This document shows, one piece after another, positions 11,601 to 19,513 of a stretch of DNA of 64,000 bases; the first letter of the stretch is position 1, and the number at the start of each line of letters is the position of its first letter. A program made the translations under genes and the position numbers. This stretch comes from a virus, in the IMG/VR virus record IMGVR_UViG_3300032561_000012, positions 20,543-84,542 of that record; one strand, written 5' to 3'. The notes under the pieces were generated by a model, which was not told where the DNA came from, searched no databases, and saw nothing but the letters and a program-made list of their open reading frames with translations.

Positions 11601-14600
11601 TGATCTACAGGGATGACCTGACTTAGGCCAGGGCGAACATAGTGCGGATCAATACCTGCTCTAGCACCTTGTACAATCAACCCAGCTTCTAGGTCATTCC
11701 ATAGTAATGTGTTACCGCCGGTATAAGGTGCAGGACCGTAATAGCTTTCCCACCAAGTAGGCATAGTAGCAAACCCTAGCATTTCCCATGGTGTTAGGTG
11801 TGGGCGTAGTGTGTCGTAGTAGTATTGATAGCAAGCACGCCACGATCCTGGTAGAGCCTCACCAGTAAGTTTATCAGGTTGGCCAGCATAGTTCCAAGTA
11901 AAGCTGTCATTGCTTTCAAATGTACTGTTGGTGCTGAAATCTAATTTATTATTACCAATCCAATTTAAGAAACTATTTGATGCCAGTTGATTGATTTCAG
12001 CCAGGCTATATGCTTCAGGTACACGTCTAAATTTGCCTGGTACCACTGATAAGATATCACCGTAGGTACCTGTATCAGGTAGTTTAATATTGTTGAATAT
12101 ACGTAGTTCTAATTCTAATAAGAACTGATCTCTATAGTCATTGAACACAGGTGTTACACTGCCATCGTGGCCGCGTATAACATCTGTAGGTGTTCTATAG
12201 GTATTGTCATAGAATACTTCTGGTACATATGGTGGCCATAAGCCTAACTTAGTAGGAGTTTCTGGAATATAGTTACCATCAGTGTTGCTGTATTCGTTGA
12301 TGGTAATAATGTCACCAACATTTAATGTTGTTAAGAATGTTATTGCTGGTACTGTTGAACTAAATTCAAAGTCTTGATTATTGACCACTTGCTGACCATT
12401 GACATAGACTAATACTGCTTGATTGCTTAACTGTTGGTCGTTGAATACGTTAGTTAATTGATAGTCAGTGACTAAAGGATCAAATACAGTATAGGTTAAG
12501 GTAGTCTTTAATGGACCATAAGGTACCATGTCACTGTAGTAGAATGGGAATGATTTATTCTTAACAGCATTGATCTTAGTTAAAATTAAATCAACACTGG
12601 CCGCAGGATCTGTAGGAATAATACCTGGTAAACTAACTGCTAGTTCTAAAAATTTATTTTTAAATTTAGTATATTCTTGTTGAGCAAAGCGCAAGGCATT
12701 GATAAAGTTAGCGTTGTCATCTACTAGGAATATTGACAGTGGTGCAGGTGCTGAGTGTTGTAGCAGTGTACCGCCTTGGGCTTTGATATCAATATCACGT
12801 AGGTTACTACTGCCAAGAATATTACCTATAACTGAATTGCTGTTCTGTGCCAGCGCAACTAAATGGTTACGAACCTGTCCTAGGGTCAATGTATTAATAT
12901 CTACGTTCTGTGCATTAACGTCTAGATTCTGTGGTACTTGGTAGAAGCCAAGTTGGCTGACTTGATCACTATAGACTAGAATATCAATTTGGTCACCAGT
13001 GGTCAGTGTTGCAGAAACTGTAACTGCACTATTGGCCAACGCCCATTGACTAGATTGTAAGTACGTGTAATTTTGAAATACTTTTAAGTAAGGTATAGTT
13101 GCAGATGTATTTGGTACTACATCAATAGGGAATGAGCTAGTAGTACCATCATAGGTATAGCTGATCTGTTGATACTGTTTACTGTTTTCTGGAACTGTCT
13201 TCCAGGTATTTTTAGGTTGCAGTGTTTGGCTGTCAACTATAGTTTGTAGATAGCCAAGGTTAATTAGCTCTGTTTGTACTACTCCAGAAGCATCTGAATA
13301 GGTAAATGAGTCTGTGTTAAAGTAATTTTGAAACTCAATATCGCCTTGGGTACTGAAGTTTCTATAGGTCAATGAGAACCCTAGTACAGGATCAACAAAG
13401 CCAGTGGAATTAACTAAATACCCAAATAACCAAGTACCTTTAAATGTACTTCTAGTATAGGTAGAAAAACTCTTGCCACTAACATCTAACACTTCAAATA
13501 GCGGAAATTGATTAACCGCGGTCTTTTGTTGGCTGCTATTCCATTGCACACCATTGTACCACCACTCACTACCTGCGTATTGACCAGTTGCTACTGTGGT
13601 AGTATCATATGGTAATACATCTCCGTCTGCAGCTTTGACTAATTCAATATGATATGGACCTGTAGGTGCTCCATCTAGATCAACTGAATACTGTACTAGT
13701 TTGACCAGATAAATCTTATTCTTAACCAATGGATCTTGATCAGCAGCAAATATCACACGCAGGCCATTGGGGTATATTGGTTTACCGTTAGCGTCTAATA
13801 ATGGTATACCAAATGCAGTTGAATATGTCTGGCCTTGCAGTTGCGTAAATGCATCTGTGGTAGTGGTGTCTAAAATATCAATCGCATCTAGTCCACGGCG
13901 GCCATAGTTAAACAATAATGTATCTGCATCAAATTGAATAATAGGTCGTTGGCCACGAGAATTTTGGTCAAATGATGGTAGTACACCATTGTAGTTTGCT
14001 GTGGCAGTGATAACGTCAACATGGAACCAACGATTGTTACGTGACCAAGCATTACGATCTACACTACTGCGATTAATAGTAATGTAGTCTGGGAACAAGG
14101 TATTAGGATACAATAAAGTATTTTCTTTAATGTAGGCCTCTGGGGTTATCATTTGGTCTACAGGGACTAAACGTATACCACTGTTGTATAATGCTTGATT
14201 ACCAACTTCTTCTACGTAGTATTGATTATTTTGATATTCAGCTGGCGTTACATCTGTGCCAAATTGAATTTTTAATCCTGAAGTAAAATTAACTCCATTT
14301 GGACTAGTATAATTTTGTTGTCCTAGGATGTCAGCATCTACATCAATGGCCCAGTTGTTGTATTCAACAACTTTGATCTTTTCAAAAATATTATAATTTG
14401 TGCCGTCTTGTATCCACAAGGTATCTAGGCCAGCAGTTAACAGCGGCATTGGATAGAATAACCCGTCAAGATCTTTGTAGAATTCTCTGTTGGCATTAAC
14501 TACACCAAATTTAATGTAGACCTTTTGATTCACTGCCACTGCTTGATCAGGAATTAACTGTATTAGTAGGTCATTAGTGCCATCTGCATTTTTAATTCCT

Positions 14601-15658
14601 GCATCAACTAACACAACTTTCCATACGTTGTATCTCAACGATGAGCTGACAATAGTACCTGCGTTATAACCTGGTACTACATTACCTGAGTGATCATGTA
14701 CTACTGGAGCAGTCCAATCAGCATCGCCACCTTTGTGTGGCCAAGTGCTGACACTAGAAAAAACTAGTTTCTTACCTGTGAGCTGTTGAACAATACCGTT
14801 GTATTGTGGGTACTCTGTAGTAAACTGACTGACTGTTTTATTCTGCCAGGTATTGTATGGTACTGGCGTAGAGTAGTCTATATTGTCTACTACCTGCATG
14901 CCTGAGAACTTGTCTTGTGCCGTGCTTTGCGGAACATTGAATGAAATAGTACCAACATCAATACCATTGTTAGTTACGCCATAGACGTCGCGTGAGCTGA
15001 TAGTAGGAGTAGCATTTACTTTACCTGCTAGAGCTAGATTGCCTCGTTCGCTTTGAATCCAAAAAGGTACACCAGGTTGATTGACTATAAATTTATACTC
15101 GCCACCGCGTGCCAGAGTAATACTATAGTCTACTGTGCCAGTCTGATCAGTAAAAATATACTGAAGATTGTTAGGATCACGAGTGACTGTGTATGTTGTA
15201 GTCAGTGGCAGACCTGAGGTGTTAACAGCCACAGCATCAGGACCATTAGGCAACCAGTAGTATTGACTAAAGTTAACAAACTTGTCATATGAAATTAATG
15301 GATCAAAACTGTAGTATTCTTGTTCCCATAGGCGACTTTGATTATTAGTGAATCCGCCATAGTAATTGATTTGATTTAGTAAATCGCGATAGCTAGCAAA
15401 GAATTTAATATTCTGTTGTTGATCTTTGATTACCAAGCTAGGTTCAAGCTGATAGTCTTGACGATCAGCTGTAGGTTCAATTATGTAGCTATCACCGCTC
15501 TTATATGTAGGAGCAAATGTGCGTCCTATGTAACCATATAAGTTTGTTAAATTAGGTTCACTGACCAGTTGATCCATTGTAGCTGATAAGAACTTTTGAT
15601 TCGTATCAGTTTGGAATACACTAGGTAAAAATTTAAGCGTTTTTCTTGTTACGGCCAT
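2648..15658 (-). CDS. Giant baseplate wedge/virion protein, 4336 aa, with FG-GAP propeller repeats
   Basis: Uninterrupted 13-kb ORF directly downstream of the gp6-like gene (gp7-like position). Contains seven FG-GAP-like repeats and CBM5/12-like W..Y..GD.V.Y motifs. Confidence 0.7.
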   Translation of the reverse strand: MAVTRKTLKFLPSVFQTDTNQKFLSATMDQLVSEPNLTNLYGYIGRTFAPTYKSGDSYIIEPTADRQDYQLEPSLVIKDQQQNIKFFASYRDLLNQINYYGGFTNNQSRLWEQEYYSFDPLISYDKFVNFSQYYWLPNGPDAVAVNTSGLPLTTTYTVTRDPNNLQYIFTDQTGTVDYSITLARGGEYKFIVNQPGVPFWIQSERGNLALAGKVNATPTISSRDVYGVTNNGIDVGTISFNVPQSTAQDKFSGMQVVDNIDYSTPVPYNTWQNKTVSQFTTEYPQYNGIVQQLTGKKLVFSSVSTWPHKGGDADWTAPVVHDHSGNVVPGYNAGTIVSSSLRYNVWKVVLVDAGIKNADGTNDLLIQLIPDQAVAVNQKVYIKFGVVNANREFYKDLDGLFYPMPLLTAGLDTLWIQDGTNYNIFEKIKVVEYNNWAIDVDADILGQQNYTSPNGVNFTSGLKIQFGTDVTPAEYQNNQYYVEEVGNQALYNSGIRLVPVDQMITPEAYIKENTLLYPNTLFPDYITINRSSVDRNAWSRNNRWFHVDVITATANYNGVLPSFDQNSRGQRPIIQFDADTLLFNYGRRGLDAIDILDTTTTDAFTQLQGQTYSTAFGIPLLDANGKPIYPNGLRVIFAADQDPLVKNKIYLVKLVQYSVDLDGAPTGPYHIELVKAADGDVLPYDTTTVATGQYAGSEWWYNGVQWNSSQQKTAVNQFPLFEVLDVSGKSFSTYTRSTFKGTWLFGYLVNSTGFVDPVLGFSLTYRNFSTQGDIEFQNYFNTDSFTYSDASGVVQTELINLGYLQTIVDSQTLQPKNTWKTVPENSKQYQQISYTYDGTTSSFPIDVVPNTSATIPYLKVFQNYTYLQSSQWALANSAVTVSATLTTGDQIDILVYSDQVSQLGFYQVPQNLDVNAQNVDINTLTLGQVRNHLVALAQNSNSVIGNILGSSNLRDIDIKAQGGTLLQHSAPAPLSIFLVDDNANFINALRFAQQEYTKFKNKFLELAVSLPGIIPTDPAASVDLILTKINAVKNKSFPFYYSDMVPYGPLKTTLTYTVFDPLVTDYQLTNVFNDQQLSNQAVLVYVNGQQVVNNQDFEFSSTVPAITFLTTLNVGDIITINEYSNTDGNYIPETPTKLGLWPPYVPEVFYDNTYRTPTDVIRGHDGSVTPVFNDYRDQFLLELELRIFNNIKLPDTGTYGDILSVVPGKFRRVPEAYSLAEINQLASNSFLNWIGNNKLDFSTNSTFESNDSFTWNYAGQPDKLTGEALPGSWRACYQYYYDTLRPHLTPWEMLGFATMPTWWESYYGPAPYTGGNTLLWNDLEAGLIVQGARAGIDPHYVRPGLSQVIPVDQNGNLLSPAQIMAKSINSRKMAQSWAVGQYGPVEYAWRSSSEFPYAVQQAIALAKPGKYFGLLIDTYNYSQFNQLNTLQDTSSGLVIGSEQYLTRNTNHHITQDQVDFNGDTSSGTVYRGAGYINWIAEYLRNQGINPESYISPFIKSFTVNLAYAAAGFTDQKYLEVLAEQVSPTSTNNSIVIPNENYKVWTVEGPVPVGKLIYSAVIVEKTTNGYSVRGYDLQNSYFTIIPSVVNSNANKTTVLNSTATLFNNYQNLKLKVPYGFEFSTQQQIADFLISYQRYLVAQGFTFGLVDPNLGEIRDWNLSVKEFLYWAQQGWKPGSILVLSPVADTLTAISVNSITAGITDSQYGSKVIDQNFNLVRNNNYSVLRTPTTFKLSLTDPASVIGYVEVDLVQYEHILIFDNTTVFDDVIYQPETGNRQYRLKLIGQKTAAWDGSLYAPGFIYSSGVVDSWNQGQDYLQGDIVEYKSQYYTALQDIIASPTFQFQYWSQLTSNQIQKGLLPNFSTLAVEAQSYYDSYGEIKDKDNLTYSHTLIGYKPRQYLSDLGLTKTTQIEFYKGYIAQKGSANAVNQMLRATFNNLTSDIKFYEEWAIRVGAYGALDSNPYIEIPLNEKAFGVNPSVAQFVTAENNNLGDGVAVFNQSQLYGSYGTYNGNIALIRTSHSNYDNDIPTAGYVNSQDVDLTIFDLANYVDLDNNIASMGSGYRIWVAKDFKRDWNVYRVTETNNLVTQVANSLNNYITFTTQAPHNFVAGTATTEGSVFLIKNFSTAFDGFYQVYKVVDLNNIMVKYLGSPSNVSSLTTQTGSGILYRLDSMRFQYMEDARLYGYAGNPPHGWQVGEKIWIDDNAATTLAMGSPVATVEHLWNVYEKAHPWNFTQQVTKGVNEYTQGDGFGTSVAMSADNLVVAVGSPTALNGVGSVNTFLKNYAGTFAEGVTVQPLGTNTSAFGQAVDLSVDANNSDVLAVGAPNSGTSGNTGYVYIYSKTVSSSTFDRKQIIVGGNVGDLFGSSIQFNQDGEWLYVGAAGNNNVYAYGLSRFVPFQQQTVSVKDQVTLTLSGNISATATQLINQSVSGAQGSLAATVSNSSVVVLTNLVSNFAIGSNVLIGNTYVAGNISIQSVDAGVYVTNVVNASVTNSIPLTFTPYAANDATSLLITSSNKTYIPNQDYTLSGSTVYFTANVVQSDISIVQQPYYKLVKNIQNPNPANTFANFGHSLSASFDGAQIAIGAPGDTVAGEGGNLLVGAGCIYIYDRVIEAFKTTGGLIYTTRNPIGPVYKVTIDGNEVTNYTVTGTYTIEFIDPPEVGHVLYIEVNDFNLLERLIGVDSLENTLTALQAGAAFGTSLTVCGINCAIYTGAPYYANGTEYNSGAIWKFHNRGRLYGTNTGYAVNPVFTPGDSIRLQNFEVIVSARMMPTTYNGQAANILALSSNITAVAGQTISQNQGSGVYANVVVLANVTNSQFVTVTNYTGNILFNYGQSSTGANVVAIVNPVWNNNSHIWANTSITTTAYPMASLDSIVKDVNDAQILGVSAVNQNGLLRLNSDVTVAKDQLRILSGIRTPGSPGVYADADLRLFAFMQIIVNPFGQPGEYFGSQVKIAQNAYMLVIGAARGTTHRYTTFDVATTTNSTTFDRTTTKWFDSIPGSGSTYIYELYDDPRDDVYTPGRYQYCQNLDPGLLASGAEFGYSLDVKETFVVVSAPGATVNGEPSGTGAVYIFENPTLARGWGLIRYQQAKVDPDSLTRAYLYNNLTNTIIDDLQFIDPAKGRILGEAEQEISYKTEYDPAQYNVGTNANADINSNVYWGDLQVGRVWWNLSQVRYIDYEQDTNLNDKITYRSINWGNLFPGAVIEVCEWVKSIYLPSQYVANGGDGQPKYADNSAYVEITYVDPTTNIITTNYYYWVTGKTTVDPNNPTRHLPTSVIADYIQNPKNQGLAYAAVISPQAIAFYNVGSYLSADNTIMHLDYQLLINSDMIHSEYELVQKGNPSDPIPVKIVNKLVDSLAGLDSIGQTVPDPTLSDADRYGIDIRPRQSMFKGRLTAVVEMVQYANSILIANPIVEQYSLAGMYAEDPQPDYKLGAYDQSVSTVEELNYIDTMSLAPGYLVLVTSDSTQNGLWVLYVLTADKLWQIEQVQAYKTSLYWTYTDWYATGYSAATKPNFSVMTTNDALALKPAAGEIIYVSDATGNGTWRLFVVNTDGTFQVVGIQNGTIQLNTSLGDFVNNALGFGNQDFDSSRFDQDPNNEIRAIVQALNNDIFIDQLQGEFNNLFFILVNYLLTEQNYVDWLFKSSFISVTHKLRTLSQFPSYIVDNQTYYQDYINEVKPYRTKVREYLIDYTGNDTYSGSVTDFDLPAYYDTSTGYGIFRSPSGEVPYTSEDEATWQTFPYNQWYDNRTLQVGAVIVETTGANYSFVPQVTISSVDGKGSGATATAVMSGPVTGNANLTVVSITVTNPGSGYITTPVVTINGTSSVSATAYAQLVKLPFTNNTPLLTGNAYPLVRTFDTAIKFDRTTYSSTVQQWQPYTNYIAGQIVTYAQPEGNVLVRQAYQVKSNIITSGTFFSGDYTVYAANLFTNASDRIVGYYEPSNVMPVVDTITVPITVANAAVSANTIYVFPASNLLKGMTISGANVTAGYITNIVSNVTINLSNVITSVTQISLSVNVSLATDTTITATYNALDQLLTGITYPSSPVVGAGFDLSPGFGRTWDLSSYDSVQYSQDGIPLLSTNVLDTIYQSNYVTEELAGNTPEEIVLSGGQYIDRYYSHAPEELVPGITFDTLDMRIYTSNVTVNGANVTLGYRIFDNMINKPSYLRISSANTTVLTHSLGLTDGNIFVANAAALTMPDPVNLKPGVIFIDAERITYWTANVVTNTLGQIRRGTQGTAAATHLAGASAFDASASQIIPNTTYGNLITYANVFYNNGTGTALDGTGLNGSDTLAANVMKAYPATYSNIIPGMNNAITTENAINMMIATEGNVTIYTET

Positions 15659-15673
15659 TATACTCTCAATATG

Positions 15674-18600
15674 TTATGAACTTACAACTGCGCCAGTTTG
15701 ATTCAACTGAGCAGCGGTAATTGCTGTAATTATTTTCACGTCTGCCACTGTGGCTGCACTGGTTACTATTTCATTGATGTTACAATTAACCTGCATTAAA
15801 CTACCAAACACGCTGGATTCATTTGCAGGTACAATCGTAATACTTGCTACATTAGGAACTAATTGAACATGTAGGTATGCGGCTAATTCACTGAAGTAGA
15901 ATGTTTCACCAAAGTCCCAATTGGCCACATCAAAATAACTATTAATTGCTGCAATCACTTGGCTTTGTACTTCATTGTCACTGATAACCACATTAGGATT
16001 CTTAATCACTAAGAAATTTGCCTGTAGTGTAGGATCTGCTTTGGCTCCAAACAAAGGTTTAAATGCCGCAGGATTATAAATGATAGTGTCACTGATGGCT
16101 TTGTAATTGTCTAGGCCACTGTAAGCAGTATCAAGTTCTTCACTGGTAGGTGCTGTTGGTTTGCTGATTAATCCAGTAGTGTCTTGTACCCATGCAAGAT
16201 AGTCTGTGCTATATTGTTGCGTTAGAATATACAAGTCAATGATGTTGTTTGGGCTAGGATCAATACGGCGATTATTTGGACTATTATGGCGATACTGGAA
16301 GTAGATACTTTGGCGTCCTACTTTAGCCACATATCCTGACACAGGATTGAGTGTGTAAACAGCGCCACTAACACTCAATTGATAAAAACTATCAATTGGT
16401 GGTATATAGAACAGTTGTCCTGCTTGGTAGGTTGTTGCAGCTACCTGTGCATCGCGCAGTGATTGATATGTTGATACCACAGTACTATTGTCTACACTGG
16501 TCTGTACAATAAAATTATCATAGCCAGTGGTTTCTTGGAAGTAAACGTACTTGCTGTCAATGTTGGTTTCTGGGCTAACAATCAATTCAAACAGTTCAGG
16601 ATTATCTGGGATGCCGTCATTGTTGACATCACTGAATGTAATTAAAATACGATTTTGATCTACATAGCCATCAACTTCAGTAATAGCTTTATAGATATAC
16701 CAAATGTAGTCAAGTGCCAGTGGATTACTGTCATCGGGATTACTATTAACTTTTAACACTTTGATCTGATCGTGTACAGTTTGTCCTGTTGTGGTATCAA
16801 AGATCTTAGTCGTGCCGTCATAGTAGAAGTCTGTTTCTAATACGCTTTCAAACACATAGTTTAGGCCGCGATAGCTAACTGTGTAGGTTTTACCCACAGT
16901 TGTAAATGCGATAAGCCAGCTTGAATCTAACCCTGTACCAGATGTATCACCAGCATGAGCTAAACTAAAATCATTAGCAGTGTTTAAGTCGCCTGGTAGT
17001 ACCATTTGCCAGCTGGCTAAACCTACATCATAGCGTAGACCAAAGTTAGCATAGGCTTGAATATAGCTGACCATTGCAGCTACAATGCTGTTAGAAAATG
17101 TTACATTGAATACTGCAAACACTTTGTCAGCAATAGCACCTGTAGGAACATTTTGGCTGATAGTCACTGGACCACTGCCATTAGGTAAATTACCCTGTCC
17201 TCCATTTGTACCATCACCTACTACTAATTCTACTGCACCATAGATATAGTATTTGTCACCAGGCTTGCTAGGTGTACCTGTTTGTATAGTATTTGTAGCG
17301 TCAAAGTAGTTACCTAGGCCTGCTGAATAACGAATAATACTACCTTGTACTATGTATTTGTTATTGCTGGTCACTGATGAGCCAATTTGTAAGATCTTAC
17401 CTGATGCATCTGTAAAGTATCCTGTACTACCGTTAGCAATCACAGTTGATTTATTCCAGTAGATATTAGTCAATGCTATCAAAGGATAGTTAGCATAGAA
17501 AAATTGTGTAGTCTCAGGTGCTTGCGCAATTGGTGCTACCTTGTCATAGATCACACGATAGATGTCATTGGTAGTGGTGTAGCTGAAACTGAATGTATTG
17601 ATAAAAGGATCACGATATAAGATACCATCATCTGCAAAAATGTTAGTGCTGGAATATTTGCCTGTTACATCAATAACATCAAGATAACGACTAATGCCGC
17701 TACTGGTACGGTTAACTGCTTTGATCTTTAAAATATTACTGAATAATGTGTAAGGTAAGATATTATAATCTTCACCTGTGATCATACGATTCTGTGTGTA
17801 GAACTGTTGTGGTGCTTTCTGACGTACATCGTCAAGACTTTCACGTGTGGCTGAATTTGCCACTGTGTACTGTAGACTGGCTGTGATTGTAATGGTTTCG
17901 ACACGGCCACTTGCACTGATATAGTTAATAGGAACTACTACACCCTGCATTTCGTCAGGAGTAATTTTGTATTGTAGGCCATTGCTGGTTCTGTAATACA
18001 CACGGAAATTGCCTTGTGGAATATTACTAAATGAGCCATCACCAAATACTAGATCAATTTGATCACCTGCACGACTGTTAACTTGATAGATATTTCTATT
18101 AGTGCTTTGATTGTAGATAACATTGGTATTGGCCACAGCTGGAACCTGTTCCCACAATGTGCCTAGATTGCCATTGGTGTCTACACTGTATAACCAAATG
18201 TCACTGTTGTTAATATTGTTAGTATTGATACTGTATACACGATTAGGCACACTTTCAGCAAAGTTAAAGTCTTGGCTTTGTAGTTTACCCTGTACAAAAT
18301 ACAAGAAGTAACCAGTATTAACTGATCCATTACCTAGGTTGTCATTTTTGTATAAGAAATTAAACGGTGCATTCAGATATGGATTTACTTCATATATGTA
18401 TGATTGTCCTGCTGAAGTTGGGCTTACCATTTCAAACGGCATACCGGTGCCCGCCACTGTGGCATTGAAACTATATGTAGCTAACACATTAGGTATTAGA
18501 TTAATCTGATATTCATCATTGGTGATGCCATTGATTAACTGGCTAGCACTAGGCTTACCAATAGCTTGATTGCTGATCAATGCAGCATTTAAGATTAAGG

Positions 18601-19069
18601 TAAATTGTTCTTGCCAGTTACCGTTGCCTGCATCTGCCCAGTTAATCACTAGGTTTGATAGATTAATACCATTGCTGTCGTAAATTGTTTCAGTTGTGCT
18701 AACTGATGTAAATTTTAAGAATCCACGACTGTTGATATTGCGTTTAGGGTTATAGCTAATTAAGCGAGCTAGTTTAAGAATACTGTCACGACGTTGTGCT
18801 GTGTCAATAAAGTTTTCACGTGCGTTTAAGTCGCCACGGAAAGCCAATGATTGGCCTAAAAAGGCAATCATATCAATTAAGGCAATGAACTCACTTGACT
18901 CAATGAAGTCATTAAAGTCTTCTGGATAGTAAAGCTGTAGGTAGCTTACCATTGAAGCACGAAGTGTTTCGTAATCGTAACTTTGGAAGTCAGCGTTACG
19001 GAATGTTTGATATAGTTTAGTCCAGTCTTCAGCGACTAATAAACTGGTTTGTCGTGTGGTGGTTGCCAT
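15674..19069 (-). CDS. gp6: Baseplate wedge subunit, T4 gp6-like
   Basis: DFQSYDYETLRASM, ENFIDTAQRRDSILKLARLISYNPKR, LVFGDG and QNRMITGEDY motifs; follows gp25. Confidence 0.85.
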   Translation of the reverse strand: MATTTRQTSLLVAEDWTKLYQTFRNADFQSYDYETLRASMVSYLQLYYPEDFNDFIESSEFIALIDMIAFLGQSLAFRGDLNARENFIDTAQRRDSILKLARLISYNPKRNINSRGFLKFTSVSTTETIYDSNGINLSNLVINWADAGNGNWQEQFTLILNAALISNQAIGKPSASQLINGITNDEYQINLIPNVLATYSFNATVAGTGMPFEMVSPTSAGQSYIYEVNPYLNAPFNFLYKNDNLGNGSVNTGYFLYFVQGKLQSQDFNFAESVPNRVYSINTNNINNSDIWLYSVDTNGNLGTLWEQVPAVANTNVIYNQSTNRNIYQVNSRAGDQIDLVFGDGSFSNIPQGNFRVYYRTSNGLQYKITPDEMQGVVVPINYISASGRVETITITASLQYTVANSATRESLDDVRQKAPQQFYTQNRMITGEDYNILPYTLFSNILKIKAVNRTSSGISRYLDVIDVTGKYSSTNIFADDGILYRDPFINTFSFSYTTTNDIYRVIYDKVAPIAQAPETTQFFYANYPLIALTNIYWNKSTVIANGSTGYFTDASGKILQIGSSVTSNNKYIVQGSIIRYSAGLGNYFDATNTIQTGTPSKPGDKYYIYGAVELVVGDGTNGGQGNLPNGSGPVTISQNVPTGAIADKVFAVFNVTFSNSIVAAMVSYIQAYANFGLRYDVGLASWQMVLPGDLNTANDFSLAHAGDTSGTGLDSSWLIAFTTVGKTYTVSYRGLNYVFESVLETDFYYDGTTKIFDTTTGQTVHDQIKVLKVNSNPDDSNPLALDYIWYIYKAITEVDGYVDQNRILITFSDVNNDGIPDNPELFELIVSPETNIDSKYVYFQETTGYDNFIVQTSVDNSTVVSTYQSLRDAQVAATTYQAGQLFYIPPIDSFYQLSVSGAVYTLNPVSGYVAKVGRQSIYFQYRHNSPNNRRIDPSPNNIIDLYILTQQYSTDYLAWVQDTTGLISKPTAPTSEELDTAYSGLDNYKAISDTIIYNPAAFKPLFGAKADPTLQANFLVIKNPNVVISDNEVQSQVIAAINSYFDVANWDFGETFYFSELAAYLHVQLVPNVASITIVPANESSVFGSLMQVNCNINEIVTSAATVADVKIITAITAAQLNQTGAVVSS

Positions 19070-19089
19070 CTTTATTCCCTAATATAATG

Positions 19090-19096
19090 TATTTAT
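19090..19096 (-). promoter_or_regulatory. Late promoter (ATAAATA) for gp6
   Basis: Consensus match about 20 nt upstream of the ATG. Confidence 0.65.
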
Positions 19097-19123
19097 CAGG
19101 TTTAAAAACTGCGCAGTTAATAA

Positions 19124-19501
19124 TTAGTGTGCTGTAAGGGTATTGGTTGCGTTGTTGAAGTTCATTAGCATGGTATTAACTTGATTAGTTAGTACATAGC
19201 GTAATTGTACTTCAATTTGTATGCCTTGATCATATTCTGTGATAACAATATTATCAAAACTCACACGCGGATCATAGGTAGCCACTGATTGTACATCTTG
19301 GCTGATCACTGATTTTAGGTCTTCTGTAAAAGGCTCGTGTAAGACATTCCAAATAATAGTACCAAAATTTGGATTCATTAGCTTTTCGCCCTTGCGGATA
19401 TTAAAATGATTAAGTATATCGCGTTTAATCAAGTCAAAATCTGTCAAGCGCCAGTTTCTTGTGCCTGCTAGTGTACTAAAACCTTTATATGTGTTTGCCA
19501 T
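19124..19501 (-). CDS. gp25: Baseplate wedge protein gp25-like
   Basis: DILNHFNIRKGEKLMNPNFGT...YDPRV is the GPW/gp25 family pattern. Confidence 0.85.
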   Translation of the reverse strand: MANTYKGFSTLAGTRNWRLTDFDLIKRDILNHFNIRKGEKLMNPNFGTIIWNVLHEPFTEDLKSVISQDVQSVATYDPRVSFDNIVITEYDQGIQIEVQLRYVLTNQVNTMLMNFNNATNTLTAH

Positions 19502-19506
19502 ACAAA

Positions 19507-19513
19507 TATTTAT
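19507..19513 (-). promoter_or_regulatory. Late promoter (ATAAATA) overlapping the upstream stop codon
   Basis: GGATAAATATTTGTATG on the minus strand, 5 nt before the gp25 ATG. Confidence 0.55.
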